Source: the human T2T-CHM13v2.0 reference genome, Homo sapiens
NCBI RefSeq assembly: GCF_009914755.1
Contig: NC_060932.1
Strand: one strand, 5' to 3'
Length of the DNA: 64,000 nucleotides
A model generated the notes under the pieces. That model ran no database searches. It was not told the origin of the DNA and was given only the letters and a program-made list of their open reading frames with translations. Position 1 is the stretch's first letter, and the number at the start of each line of letters is the position of its first letter. The position numbers and the translations under genes were made by a program. This document shows positions 48,447-59,909 of the stretch, one piece after another.

Positions 48447-49630
48447 TGGTTCTAAACCTTAGCTACATGTTACAATTATCTGAGGAGCTTTAAAAATAAC
48501 TCCGGTGCACAGGTCTTACCCTGCATACCCCAGACCAATAAAATTAGACTGTCTGGGGGAAGAATCTAGGTATTGGTGTTTCTTAACCCTTGATATTTAT
48601 CAGCAGAGTTCATTGTTCTTAATTTTGGGTTTTGGGTTTCTTTTCTGAGTAGTTATTATTATGTTGATTTCATATTTTATAACTCATTTCATAGAGTCTT
48701 CCAAAGAACAAAAACAAAATTTACTTATTTTAAAAAGCAAAATAAAACTCATTCTAGTGTGCAGTTACCATATGGTTTCATTGGGCATTTATAAATCTAA
48801 GATATATTATGGGTTCTTAGTGATTTTGCTTTTCCTATATCTTGAAGCATTTTGCTATTTCATTTTCCTGCGAATTATTTAATCATTATTCATTAATTTC
48901 CCCCAATTATGCCAAAAAGAAGCAAATGGAAGAGTGATAGAATTGCCAAGAAGGATGATGCAATGGTGAAATATAGCATCACTACTGTATCATTTCTCAA
49001 AAATATGAAAACAGTTTTGAGATCATCCTTTTTAGCATTTTTCTTCTAAGCTTTCATTTAACATATTTGGGAATTCATATTTTTTCATTTTTTATTTTCT
49101 GTCTTTAATAGCAAAGAAAAAAGGCAAAGGAAGACATTTCAGAACTATTAGACAAGTCAGAAGATAAATGCAAAGAAACAACACTTAATAATGATAGTGA
49201 ATTTAATTGTATAAGTGAAACCTTAGACTGTGAGTCTTCAAATGATGATTTCCTAGATGAGTTTTTTTCAAACTCAAGAATTAATGAACAATATTTCTAA
49301 GGACAAAAAATGGAAATAATACACGTTCATGCATTCAAAGTTTCATTCAAAGGATGTTTCCTATTTCAGATATATATACCTTTAATATCAGAGAAAGATG
49401 GAATTAAAAAATTTGTTATAAGTTTTTATAAAGCTTTCTCTTAAAGTTTTTTTTAAAACTACCCCTTTATTCTCACTTTTGTAAATTCGTCATAAAATTA
49501 CTTAAAATATTAAAGACAAAAAGTATTTTCGACCCAGATAGTCAATTGAGGTGAACATTTTTTTCTGATATGCCAGAGACTAAATCTGCCTTGTGATTCC
49601 AATGTGAAGCTAAGGTTGAGAAGCACTATT
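48447..49630. mobile_element. MER5-like MITE split by a piggyBac-like insertion
   Basis: 5' half TGGTTCTAAACCTTAGCTACATG...CCCCAGACCAATAAAATTAGA (48447-48582); 3' half GTGATTCCAATGTGAAGCTAAGGTTGAGAAGCACT (~49590-49630). Confidence 0.6.
48587..49579 (+). mobile_element. piggyBac-like DNA transposon fossil (Looper-like)
   Basis: Begins TTAA|CCCTTG, ends at a degenerate CTAA. Internal 58-codon acidic frame (KEDISELLDKSED...) resembles a piggyBac transposase N-terminus. Confidence 0.55.
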
Positions 49631-52089
49631 CTAAGTAGATTTTATCTAGACAAATAAACAAGATTAGTTAAAATGTTTTTAAGAAAGTTGAGTAATGGTC
49701 TAGAATACAGCTACCAGATACAAGGTACTGACATAAGAATTATGAAACAGATTAATGGATTAAAGCAGATAGCCCAGAAGCAGATCTTAGAATAGGTAAA
49801 AATTTAATACGAGAGTGACATCAATCAGTAGATTAGATTACTAACAGCATTAATGCAAGCTACCACTCGTTGACTGCTTGCTGAATGTTTTATATGCATT
49901 ATCTCATTCATCTTTTCCTTGATGTATCTGCTATTATTCCCATGTACAAGTAAGGATATCTGAGGTCACACAGTTCTTGGTGTTTCTGGAACAATTAATT
50001 AGCTCTTTTAGAATGCAAATATTTGAAAAGCAAAAAAGTATTTTCACATATGCCAGAATACATTTTAGGTGGATAAAATAATTAAATGTAGAGTTTGTAT
50101 CATAAAGCATAGATAATAAATAGGTGCATCTGATATCTGGATAGGGAAGCTTAGGAGTGGTGGAAGAAAAATAGCGCAAAGAAAAGATCTGTAAGTTTAA
50201 CTGCTTAAGAAGTACAACTGACTTCATGTCAAACACCATAAAACTATAGATTAATATACTAGGAAAACAAAAAAAAAGGGATTAATAGTCTTTATGTGTA
50301 ACACACTCATAGATTAATAACCTCTAAATATATAGTCTTTAAAATGCAAGTGATTAATAAACACATTAGAAAATCATTGACCTCATTAGGTAGCTACGGA
50401 AGAAAACATTAAATTAAATTAAAAGTACTTTTCCTTCCTATCTTAGGACCTTTGCTTATAGTATTTCCTTTGCATGGCTGACTCCTCATCCCTTAAGACT
50501 CAGTTTATAATACTACCTCAGTGAGGCCTTTTTGTACTACTCAGTCTAAATGAGTTTTCCCCTGTATCTTGACAACCGGCTTATTTCCTTCATTGTACTT
50601 CATCTTTTGGAATTACCTATTTATTTATTTATGGGCTTTCTCTTCCACTGGCCTCTAAGCTCTGAGAAGAAAAGCGTAATACCCAGCATCTATAGAGTGC
50701 TCAGTGAATAATTGTTGAATGAATAAACACTAAATAAAAGTGAGTAAAATGAATAAAGCAAGATGCTTTTAAAAATCGGTCATGCTTGCTGAAATTTTTA
50801 AAGAAAAATACCATATGTAGGACAAGATGAAATGGATACTGTCATTGTGCTGCTTGGTAAATTGGTGTTACTTCCAGAATGGAAATTTTGTAAAAGGTAG
50901 CAAGATTCTTTATTCATGCCTTTTGAGCCAGTAATTTTATTTACTTCTTGAAATTTGTTCTATGAAGCCATTTCTGCAAGGGGACGGGAAAGCTTTCTCT
51001 TAGTTCTTCCTATATACACTGGTATTCTTTCCCAAGAAAAGTAGACATTAATCAAATTGGGCCATGTTTATAGCTCTCTTCTGCTTCCTCCCCTCAATGA
51101 GTAGGATATGGGAAGGACTCAGTCCTTGGCTAGGCCCTGTAATCTTGTGTTCTAACCCTCTCACAAAAGTGTAGCATTCTTACTGCTTGGGGCACCTCAG
51201 TGTGCTGGAGGTAAATTTAGATTTGGGCTTAAGGGGAAGGGAGAGGCCTTGCTTAGGCCCTGAACCAAATGGTAGTGCCCTAATCCAGTTTACCAAAGAA
51301 CATTATTTGGGGTATCTAGCTGTAACCCAGATAAAAGTGGTACTTTGATTTCCCTTTTGATAACCTCTCTCCACTCCTTTCTTTCCTTGCTGCCTCCTGT
51401 TTCCCTACCACCATTCTCTCTTTCTCTCTCTTATATGTGTTTGTGTGTGTGTGCAGGGCAGCATTTATGTATTCCTGGGTTTTTTAGTTCATTGCTTACC
51501 ATCTTTTTTATGTCTGACACATACAGAAAATATTCAGGACCAAAAAGGATAATGGAAGAGGCTGCTTAAGGCCAAAGGCCTTAGGTTTTGTGCATGCCCA
51601 TAGTTTTTCAGATATATGTCACAACCCACCAATCAATCAAGTGGGCTGCCAGAATCATTAAAATAAATGAAGATAAAAGAATGCATCATTCATTGTTGAA
51701 ATAATTATACGAGTGTTTGTAACCTTGCAATATAAAATGTGTTTATGTTGGTCATTGTCAAACTTTGAAAGCTATTTGCTTTGCTGCAGCCAAATACTAA
51801 TTAATAATGCCCCAAACCTTGCTTAAGTTGCATCATTATTAAACAGGGAGAAAGATTTATGAACAAAGATTTAGACTTAATATATTGAAACATTTGGACA
51901 ATGAAAGATTATCAAGACACCAGCTGGGTAAATCATGACATATCCATCCTTTCAGGTGATTTGTTCAAGGTAGTATTCCCTTATCTTCAGTATTTTTAGG
52001 GTTTGCAATGAAGGTCCAGAGGTTAGTTAATAGCTTCCTTAGAGTTCTTGTAGATTCAGTGGAGTTCTTAGGAACAATTAGTGTACCAT

Positions 52090-52280
52090 AACATACTGTA
52101 ACATCACAGAGAAATCAGATTTGAGGCTTGTTCTGCTGTGACAGCCTTGGGCAAGTTATTTAACCCCTCTTTGGCTGTTTACTCATCCATAAAATGGAGC
52201 TAATAGTGCATGTATCATAAGGTTGCTGTGAGGAGGAAATACAGTAATAAGTGCAAAGTGCTCAGCACATTGGTTGGACT
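52090..52280 (-). mobile_element. MIR SINE
   Basis: CCTTGGGCAAGTTATTTAACCCCTCT...CTCATCCATAAAATGG...GGTTGCTGTGAGGA. Confidence 0.7.
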
Positions 52281-55277
52281 CCCTATGAGTAGAGTTCATT
52301 CCAGGTTAAGTTTTGCTTTTACATTATTAAATATCTTTGTGCCTTAATTTCTTCATCAGCTCACAGTTCAGCTAATATTATTAGATGCTTCTTTGGGGGA
52401 CAATAAAAACTTCTCTAGTAACTTCATAGGCATTTCAAACAGTTCAAATCAGAAAATAATATGAAAAGCACAGTACAAATTTATGATAGTATTAATTCTC
52501 ATAGTAGCAATAATAGGAAATCTGTTTGTGTTGTATATGAGTTAATAACGATATGTTCAAATGGGTGGACTCAGTAGTTGATTGAGGTGGAGAGAAATAG
52601 ATCCTTTCAGTTTTTTTTTTAAAGTGCCAATGTCTTTTCCTGTTTTAGGGCCTTTGCAGTTACTCCTTTTGTCTGGAATATTCTCCCCTATCCTTACCCC
52701 TTCTTATGTCTGTCCATCTAGTACAGCTGAAATGACAACATTGTAGAAAGGCCTTTCCTGACCATCTAGTCTGAATAGCTCTCAGTTTCTTTTAAAAATC
52801 ACTTTAAAAAAAAAATCATAGCATTGATTAGTACTAGATTTCAATTTTGTTTTCTCTTTCCTTCTCTCCAACTAGAATGTAAACCCTGAAGAGCAGGGAC
52901 CTTGCCTGTATTGTTTAATTTATTATTTTTTAAAATTTTTATCTGTTGTCACATACTCAAGTATGATCGCCTGTGGTGTTTATTTTTACTTTTCCTGCAC
53001 CTAGATCCTAAGTGCCTGACAAATACTTGTGGAATGCTTGAATATAATGTAAAGTATGAAAAAATGATCCATAATTATACTTTCCAGAGATAAATTACCA
53101 TTGTTGATAGTATAGTATATATTTTTTAACTTTATGTTGTGTGTGTGCTTACAGATACAGATGTCTATGATTATGCTTTTGAAATATGTATTCCACTGAG
53201 TCTAAAGATAAACATTTTTTACTATATGTATTTGAAATTGGTCTTATAATCAACGGTATGCTGTGGTTTAATTGGCAACATTTTTCTCTTTATGAGTTGC
53301 ACATAAATATGTCTTAAAATCTATAGCACCTTAGATGTGATGAAATGTGGTATTTATTTGAAATAAAAATGAGATCAGGAAGTTCATCTCTTTTCCCCAC
53401 CTAAAGATCTTGAGCATTTCCCTTGTCACTGGTTTTAGATCTGTCTTATTCTCAAGATATATGATTAAGGGTGTGTCATAACTTTTTCAATCAGTTCCTC
53501 TTGATGGCTATTTGGAGCTTTTCCAATTGTTTTCCTGTTATAAACAATGCTGTGCTGATTATCCTTGTATATATCTCTATGCACGTGAGTGAAATTTATT
53601 TAATTAGATTGGTGAATACACATATTCTCTGTAGTGTACAAGGGTACCTATTTCCCTATACCTTTATGAGTACTGAATCTTAGTAAATTTAAAAATTTTT
53701 ATTAATCTAAGTGAAAAATATACTAATGTTTAATATAATTTCTTTAATTATGATAGAGATTGAAACCTCTTTTCCTGTTTATTAGCCGTTTTTATTTCCT
53801 TTTCTGTGATGTACTTGTGCATAGGATAGTAGGCTTTTAATTGGCTGGCATATTAGTCCTAATTAGAAACCTTTCCAGTTTGGAACCATGCATTATCCTA
53901 TTAATTCTTGGGAACAACTTTTAGGCCTGCTACATCCTACTTTTGTGGAGGACAAGAGGGCTTTATAAGGACCCAAGATTTGCAGGGAGACAGAATTCAG
54001 AAATAACCAGAATTCTAGTGTCCTTTATAATGAAGGCCAAGAAGGGCTATAGTGTCAGTTTTTGAGCTGAATACTGGAACTTACATACTATGCTGTTAGT
54101 CTTTAAACTTTAAATGGTCTTCTTCTCAAGGCTTGTTGTTCTTTAATATGACTTGGTTATAGTATAGTAGTATTAGTTTAGTAGGTTTGAAATAGGATAC
54201 AACTCTGGGACTTGAGTGAAGTCAATATTGGACTTAGAGATTAAATGTTTAGATTAATAGGGTGTTTTGCACATTGTTAAAATGTTATTAACATTTTTTA
54301 GTACCTTTTCTGTGTCAAACCGTATCAGTTTCAAACAAAACTATCAGATGATCTCTGCTTTTTAGGTTCTGCATGGTCTCTGGAGGAACAGATTTCAGTC
54401 CTTTGGTAAAAGTGAAGCTAGAATATACATGGAATATGGATAGCTCACAGGAAGGGTTTTAGTCTAGCATGGGAGTTTAAAGGAGGCTTCCTGGAGGAGA
54501 CACGATTACCTAAACTAAGTCTCGAAGGATGAATATGAGTTAGCTGCAGTAGTAAGTAGTAAAAGGAACAACAGTGAAATGGACTACAAGTAGTAGAGTG
54601 TTCTTAGAATATGACATTTGAGGTGAAGACTGACTTATGGTGAGGTTGGAGTGACAAGAACCAAGTAATGAAAGGCCGTGAACACCCTGTATTTAATAGG
54701 TTAAGGGATCATTTTGAGCAATGATGGGGTCAAATTAGGGTTTTAGAGATCACTGCCCAAAGATTGATTTGGGGGCAAGATTGAAGGCCAGGACACATGT
54801 TGGGAAACAGTTCTAGTAATCCAGGTGAGAGAATTAAGGCTGTAGCTCAGTGGTAATAGCTTACTTGGAAAATTGTAGTCATTTTTCTTAGTTTATGTAA
54901 CATTTTGTTCCCTATTGTTCAGAATCCCATTGAGATTACATTTCATTGAATGGGGTTTATTATTTTGCAGAGATAAGTTATGTTAATTATCCAATCGTCT
55001 TTCATTCAATTATGTCTGTAGGAAGTTTATACTTTTACAAATACCTGCTTAACTAGTATGGTGCTACGTGGAGATGATAAATAAGTGTTTTTCATCATTT
55101 TAAAAATTGAGAAATGTTAGCCCTTTTGATGTGCTTAGTGATTATCTTAGAGGGAAAGAATTTTAGAACATTTTGCCTTTGTGTAAAAGCAATGATTTGT
55201 TAGCTTAATTTATATATAATTAACTTATAGGAATTTATAATTTATATGTGCTAATTTCTTTTTCTTTTTTTTAAAAG

Positions 55278-57935
55278 GCTATTAGTGAAAGATGGTGGAT
55301 CGCTTGGCAAACAGTGAAGCAAATACTAGACGTATAAGTATAGTGGAAAACTGTTTTGGAGCAGCTGGTCAACCTTTAACTATACCTGGACGAGTTCTTA
55401 TTGGAGAAGGAGTATTGACTAAGTTGTGCAGGAAAAAGCCCAAAGCAAGGCAGTTTTTCTTGTTTAATGATATTCTTGTATATGGCAATATTGTCATCCA
55501 GAAGAAAAAATATAACAAACAACATATTATTCCCCTGGAAAATGTCACTATTGATTCCATCAAAGATGAGGGAGACTTAAGGAATGGATGGCTAATCAAG
55601 ACACCAACTAAATCTTTTGCAGTTTATGCTGCCACTGCTACGGAGAAATCAGAATGGATGAATCATATAAATAAATGTGTTACTGATTTACTCTCCAAAA
55701 GTGGGAAGACACCCAGTAATGAACATGCTGCTGTCTGGGTTCCTGACTCTGAGGCAACTGTATGTATGCGTTGTCAGAAAGCAAAATTCACACCTGTTAA
55801 TCGTCGCCACCATTGCCGCAAATGTGGTTTTGTTGTCTGTGGGCCCTGCTCTGAAAAGAGATTTCTTCTTCCCAGCCAGTCCTCTAAGCCTGTGCGGATT
55901 TGTGACTTCTGCTATGACCTGCTTTCTGCTGGGGACATGGCCACATGCCAGCCTGCTAGATCAGACTCTTACAGCCAGTCATTGAAGTCTCCTTTAAATG
56001 ATATGTCTGATGATGATGACGATGATGATAGCAGTGACTAAGGACACATTTGGGAGTATTTAATCAGGTGTGGCTATCTGAGAAATCAACTTTGGGGGAA
56101 ATGTAAGATTCTGAGCTCTCTCTCTGTTTTGTTCTAGCCATGAATTTGCCTGAGAAACTTGTAACCTATGTGCCTCAATATATTCCATAGAAAGTAGGTC
56201 CCCCTGCCTTCTCCCACTCCTCACACTCTTCTACAGGGATAGGCTTTTGCAAATATATCAGATAAATTTTTTGTTTCTTGTTTATTTTTAGGTTATTTTC
56301 TTGGAAGGTTGGGAAAAGATGTTTGTTTTAACAGGTCATGTACTACGTTGTTGTTTTCATTTCTGTTATAAGTAAAACTAAAAGCACAGAATGGTGGGAA
56401 AGGGGCTATAATGTGGTTCATTAATAATGTTAGCAGCTTTTTTCTAACCATCCTGTCTAATGGTTAAGACACCAGTAACAAAAACACATGATTTGGAAAT
56501 ACTTTGGCTTTTTCATATACCTAGTGGTGCCTTATCATAATAGCACTGTTACATGAAATAAGCCCCTACCTTCTTACTTTCTGGTTTGTTGAAAAAATAC
56601 ACTGGTGCTCTTTGAAGTGATAAAATGAGTGTTTATGAATGGGTGTAATTAGGAAATACTTCTCATCTGACAGCTACAAATAACTAAGTTTGGAGGTATT
56701 TTCACTCTATATGAATAAATATTTTTCCATAAAATAGTTGTGATTATATTTTTGTTTTATATAGGTCCCAAATTATAATTGTCAAATATATATTTTAAAT
56801 TAATAAAAGTTGTCATTCTTAGGAATTTGGTTTGAAATTTATCAGTTATACAGAATTGTCATACTGCATTAGCTTCTACCTTTAGTAAGACATATTTTTT
56901 AGGTATAAATTCTTATGCTTTAACATTATTTCTGGATTGAAAATCTTATAAAACCCTTGAAAATAAACAGTCTCTTTTTTACAAAGTCTGTGTTAGAGCA
57001 CAGATTTACCTAGGCTTGAAGATTTGGAAGAAATAATATGTAAGAATGGCCTCAAGGCAGACCACTTTAAGTTTGGCTAGACTTCATATCGTGGAAGTAT
57101 TGTCTATTTCAGTGTGAAACTATCTTGAATTTGCAAATATAGTGTTATATTTTATAAAGTTTTGTAAAATCCCAAACAATATTTCTATTTTTGTAAAACA
57201 ATTGTATGTATAATCTGTATTTGAAATCATTTTGCAATCTATGGAAATAGAGTAGCAATTGCTATTTCTAAATTGTGAACTTTAAGTCAATCTAGATTTA
57301 TTTTGAGAAGTAATTGTTCACTCTTTACTTTTGAGGCAGCCATTAGGTTGAAAGTATATATTTATCATATAAAACTTGATGCGTTTTGCACTACTCTTTC
57401 CATTTATATGCTGCAAACAACTACAGTCTTTGAAATATGGAAAATCAGCAGTCTAAAGTTTGTTTTAAATTCTAAATTTAAAAAATCTTCAAATCTGAAT
57501 ATACCGCAAATGTCATGAGAAGTTTGATTCAGTAACTTGTGATGGAGGATTCTTTGGTATCTTACTGTTTGGTTAAGGCACTAATTTTACTTACCTATTA
57601 GATTTTGAAAGTATCTGAGATATACAAATCTCCCTGTAGGAAATGTGAAAGAAAAGCACAACAAAACTAGGGTTTTTTGTTCATTTGCTTGCTTTTATGA
57701 TTTTTTTTGGTTTGTTTTAATATCAGGTGGATTTTTGTTTCTAAGCAATATATACATAAAATCAACCAACATATCTGAAAAGGATCATGAAACCTGAGAA
57801 ATGCTAATGGAGATTTGCTGGTACATAGGAATCTAGCAAATTCAGGAACCAAGGGGAAATGTTGTGAGATAACATTTACATTGTCAACCTTTATTGACTT
57901 TGTTTTTACAATAAAAAATATTTTACAACTTACTT
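55278..57935 (+). other. PLEKHF2: PLEKHF2 terminal exon (14-nt UTR leader, CDS, ~1.9 kb 3'UTR); 3' end approximate
   Basis: Branch-like CTAAT near 55251, then a pyrimidine tract and AG at 55276-55277. Repeat-free AT-rich UTR follows up to AATAAA 57910-57915; repeats resume at ~58010. Confidence 0.85.
55292..56041 (+). CDS. PLEKHF2: Pleckstrin homology and FYVE domain-containing protein 2 (Phafin2), 249 aa, whole CDS in one exon
   Basis: ORF MVDRLANSEANTRRISIVENCFG... has an N-terminal PH domain (GVLTKLCRKKPKARQFFLFND...EKSEWMNHI). It also has FYVE signatures WVPD, RRHHCRKCG and RICDFC, and a C-terminal DDDDDDDSSD tail. Kozak context AAGATGG is strong. Protein recognised as Phafin2. Confidence 0.98.
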   Translation: MVDRLANSEANTRRISIVENCFGAAGQPLTIPGRVLIGEGVLTKLCRKKPKARQFFLFNDILVYGNIVIQKKKYNKQHIIPLENVTIDSIKDEGDLRNGWLIKTPTKSFAVYAATATEKSEWMNHINKCVTDLLSKSGKTPSNEHAAVWVPDSEATVCMRCQKAKFTPVNRRHHCRKCGFVVCGPCSEKRFLLPSQSSKPVRICDFCYDLLSAGDMATCQPARSDSYSQSLKSPLNDMSDDDDDDDSSD

Positions 57936-57960
57936 TCTGTTCTCTGTATATTGTGACTTG
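57910..57960 (+). terminator. PLEKHF2: Polyadenylation signal AATAAA with downstream U/GU-rich element
   Basis: AATAAA at 57910-57915 followed ~20 nt later by TACTTTCTGTTCTCTGTATATTGTG. Confidence 0.75.
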
Positions 57961-58224
57961 AGGATTTACCCCCTCTGCTAAGATAATAAAGATATTATGC
58001 ATATTTTGCCTAATAATTCAACAACCGTGAGTGCCTGCTATGTGCCAGGCATTGTTCTAGGCAGTAGGTTAGAGCAGTGAACAAAACTCCCTTTTGGATT
58101 TACCGCACGAAGGCTCAGAAAACATTCTTCCAAGTGTTGAAGATATGGCTTAATGTTACTGGGAAGTGCCTTAATATAATTTGGCTTTGCTGTCCAATTA
58201 CTGTTAGAAGGAATGACTTGACCT

Positions 58225-59190
58225 GAATTGACATGTCTCAGAAGGAAACATACACATGGCTGACAGGTATATGAAGAAATGTCCAAGATCACTAATCATC
58301 AGGGAAATGCAAATTAAAACCACAATGAGATAATGGTAATACCTGATACCTGTTGAATGACTTATCAAAAAGATGAAAGAAGTGTTGGCAAGGATATGCA
58401 GAAAAGGAGACCCTTGCACACTGTTGGGAATGTAAAGTAGCACAGCCATTATGGAAAACAGTAGAGGTTCCTCAAAAAGTGAAAATAGAACTACCTATAG
58501 CATCTAGCAATCCCACTACTAAGTATATATTAATATCTGAAGAAAATGAGTATGTTGAAGAGATAATCTGTACTCCCATGTTCATTGCAGCAGCATTCAC
58601 AGTAGCCAAGATATGGAATCAACCTAAGTGTCTATCAACAAATGAATGGATAAAGAAAAGGTGGTCTGTATACACAGTGGAATATTAGCCATAAAAAATT
58701 AAATCCTGTTACTTGTGACAACATGGATGGAACTGATGGACATTAAGTGAAATATGCCAGGCACAGAAAGACAAATACTTCATGATCTTGCTTATATGGT
58801 GTGGAATCTAAAAAAGTTGAGCTTATAGAACCAGGAGTAGAATGATGATTACCAGGGGCTGGTTGAGGGGTTGGGGGTGGGAGATGCTGGCCAAAGGATA
58901 CAAAATTTCAGGAGAAATAAATTCAACAAATCTATTGTACAATATGATGACTATAGTTAATAACAATGTATCCTTGGAAATCAGCGTAGATTTTGTGTTC
59001 TCACCACAGAAACTGATGAGTATGTGATGTTAATTCGCTCAATTTGGCCATTCTGCAATGTATCCATCTTTCAAAACAAATACACAGTACCATATATATA
59101 TATTATATATATAATGATATATAATGTATAATTATATATTACACAGTACCATATTAGATATATATAAATTTTTGTCAGTTTTTTTAAAAA
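58225..59190 (+). mobile_element. L1MA-type 3' end
   Basis: CACTAATCATCAGGGAAATGCAAATTAAAACCACAATGAGAT...CCCATGTTCATTGCAGCA...GTGTTCTCACCACA. Confidence 0.82.
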
Positions 59191-59192
59191 TA

Positions 59193-59490
59193 GGCCAGGT
59201 GCAGTGGCTCACACCTGTAATCCCAGCACTTGGGAGGCCAAGGTGGAAGGATCACTTGAGTTCAGGAGTTCAAGACCAGCCTAACATGGCAAGACCCCCG
59301 ACACTACAAAAAATAAAAAATTAGCTGGTCATGGTGGCATGCACCTGTGGTCCCAGCTACATAGCTACATGAAGACTGAGGTGGGATGATAGCTTGAGTC
59401 CAGGAGGTTGAGGCTGCTGTGAGCTGTGTTCATGTCACTGCACTCCAGCCTGGGCAACAGCAAGACCCTGTCTCACAAAGTAAGTACATA
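59193..59490 (+). mobile_element. Alu (J-type)
   Basis: Dimer. Confidence 0.88.
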
Positions 59491-59669
59491 TCAAAAGAAT
59501 GACTCAAGATAAACTATTTTGACTTAAACATTACAAAAGTGATAGGGTAAAATAATAAGTTTAGATTTTTGATATAGATCCTGCCTTCTTACAGAAATAT
59601 TCTAATGATTTGAAACCAAAATTCCAGAGCTACTTAAACCATTTCACTCAATAAATATGTATTGAGTAC

Positions 59670-59841
59670 TTTTTTTTTTTCTGAGATGAAGTCTTGTTCT
59701 GACACCCAGGCTGGTGTGCAATGGCTGTTCATAGGTGTGATCATAGCATACTGCAGCTTCAAAATCCTGGCATCAAGCAATCCTCCTGCTTCAGTCTGCT
59801 GAGTAGGTTGGACTACAGGCACGAACCACACAGTACCTGGC
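59670..59841 (-). mobile_element. Alu monomer
   Basis: Antisense single arm; TSD-like TATTGA..ACTT. Confidence 0.7.
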
Positions 59842-59909
59842 ATTATTGAACACTTCTAATATGTCTACTATCAGAATGATTTAGAATAGCAATTCATTCT
59901 TTCCCTTAT

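Noticed and set aside
55677-55985. 102-aa alternative-frame ORF inside the PLEKHF2 CDS, and antisense 76-aa ORF 55369-55599
   Set aside because: Shadow ORFs with no recognisable motif; the sense one lacks an ATG at its listed start.
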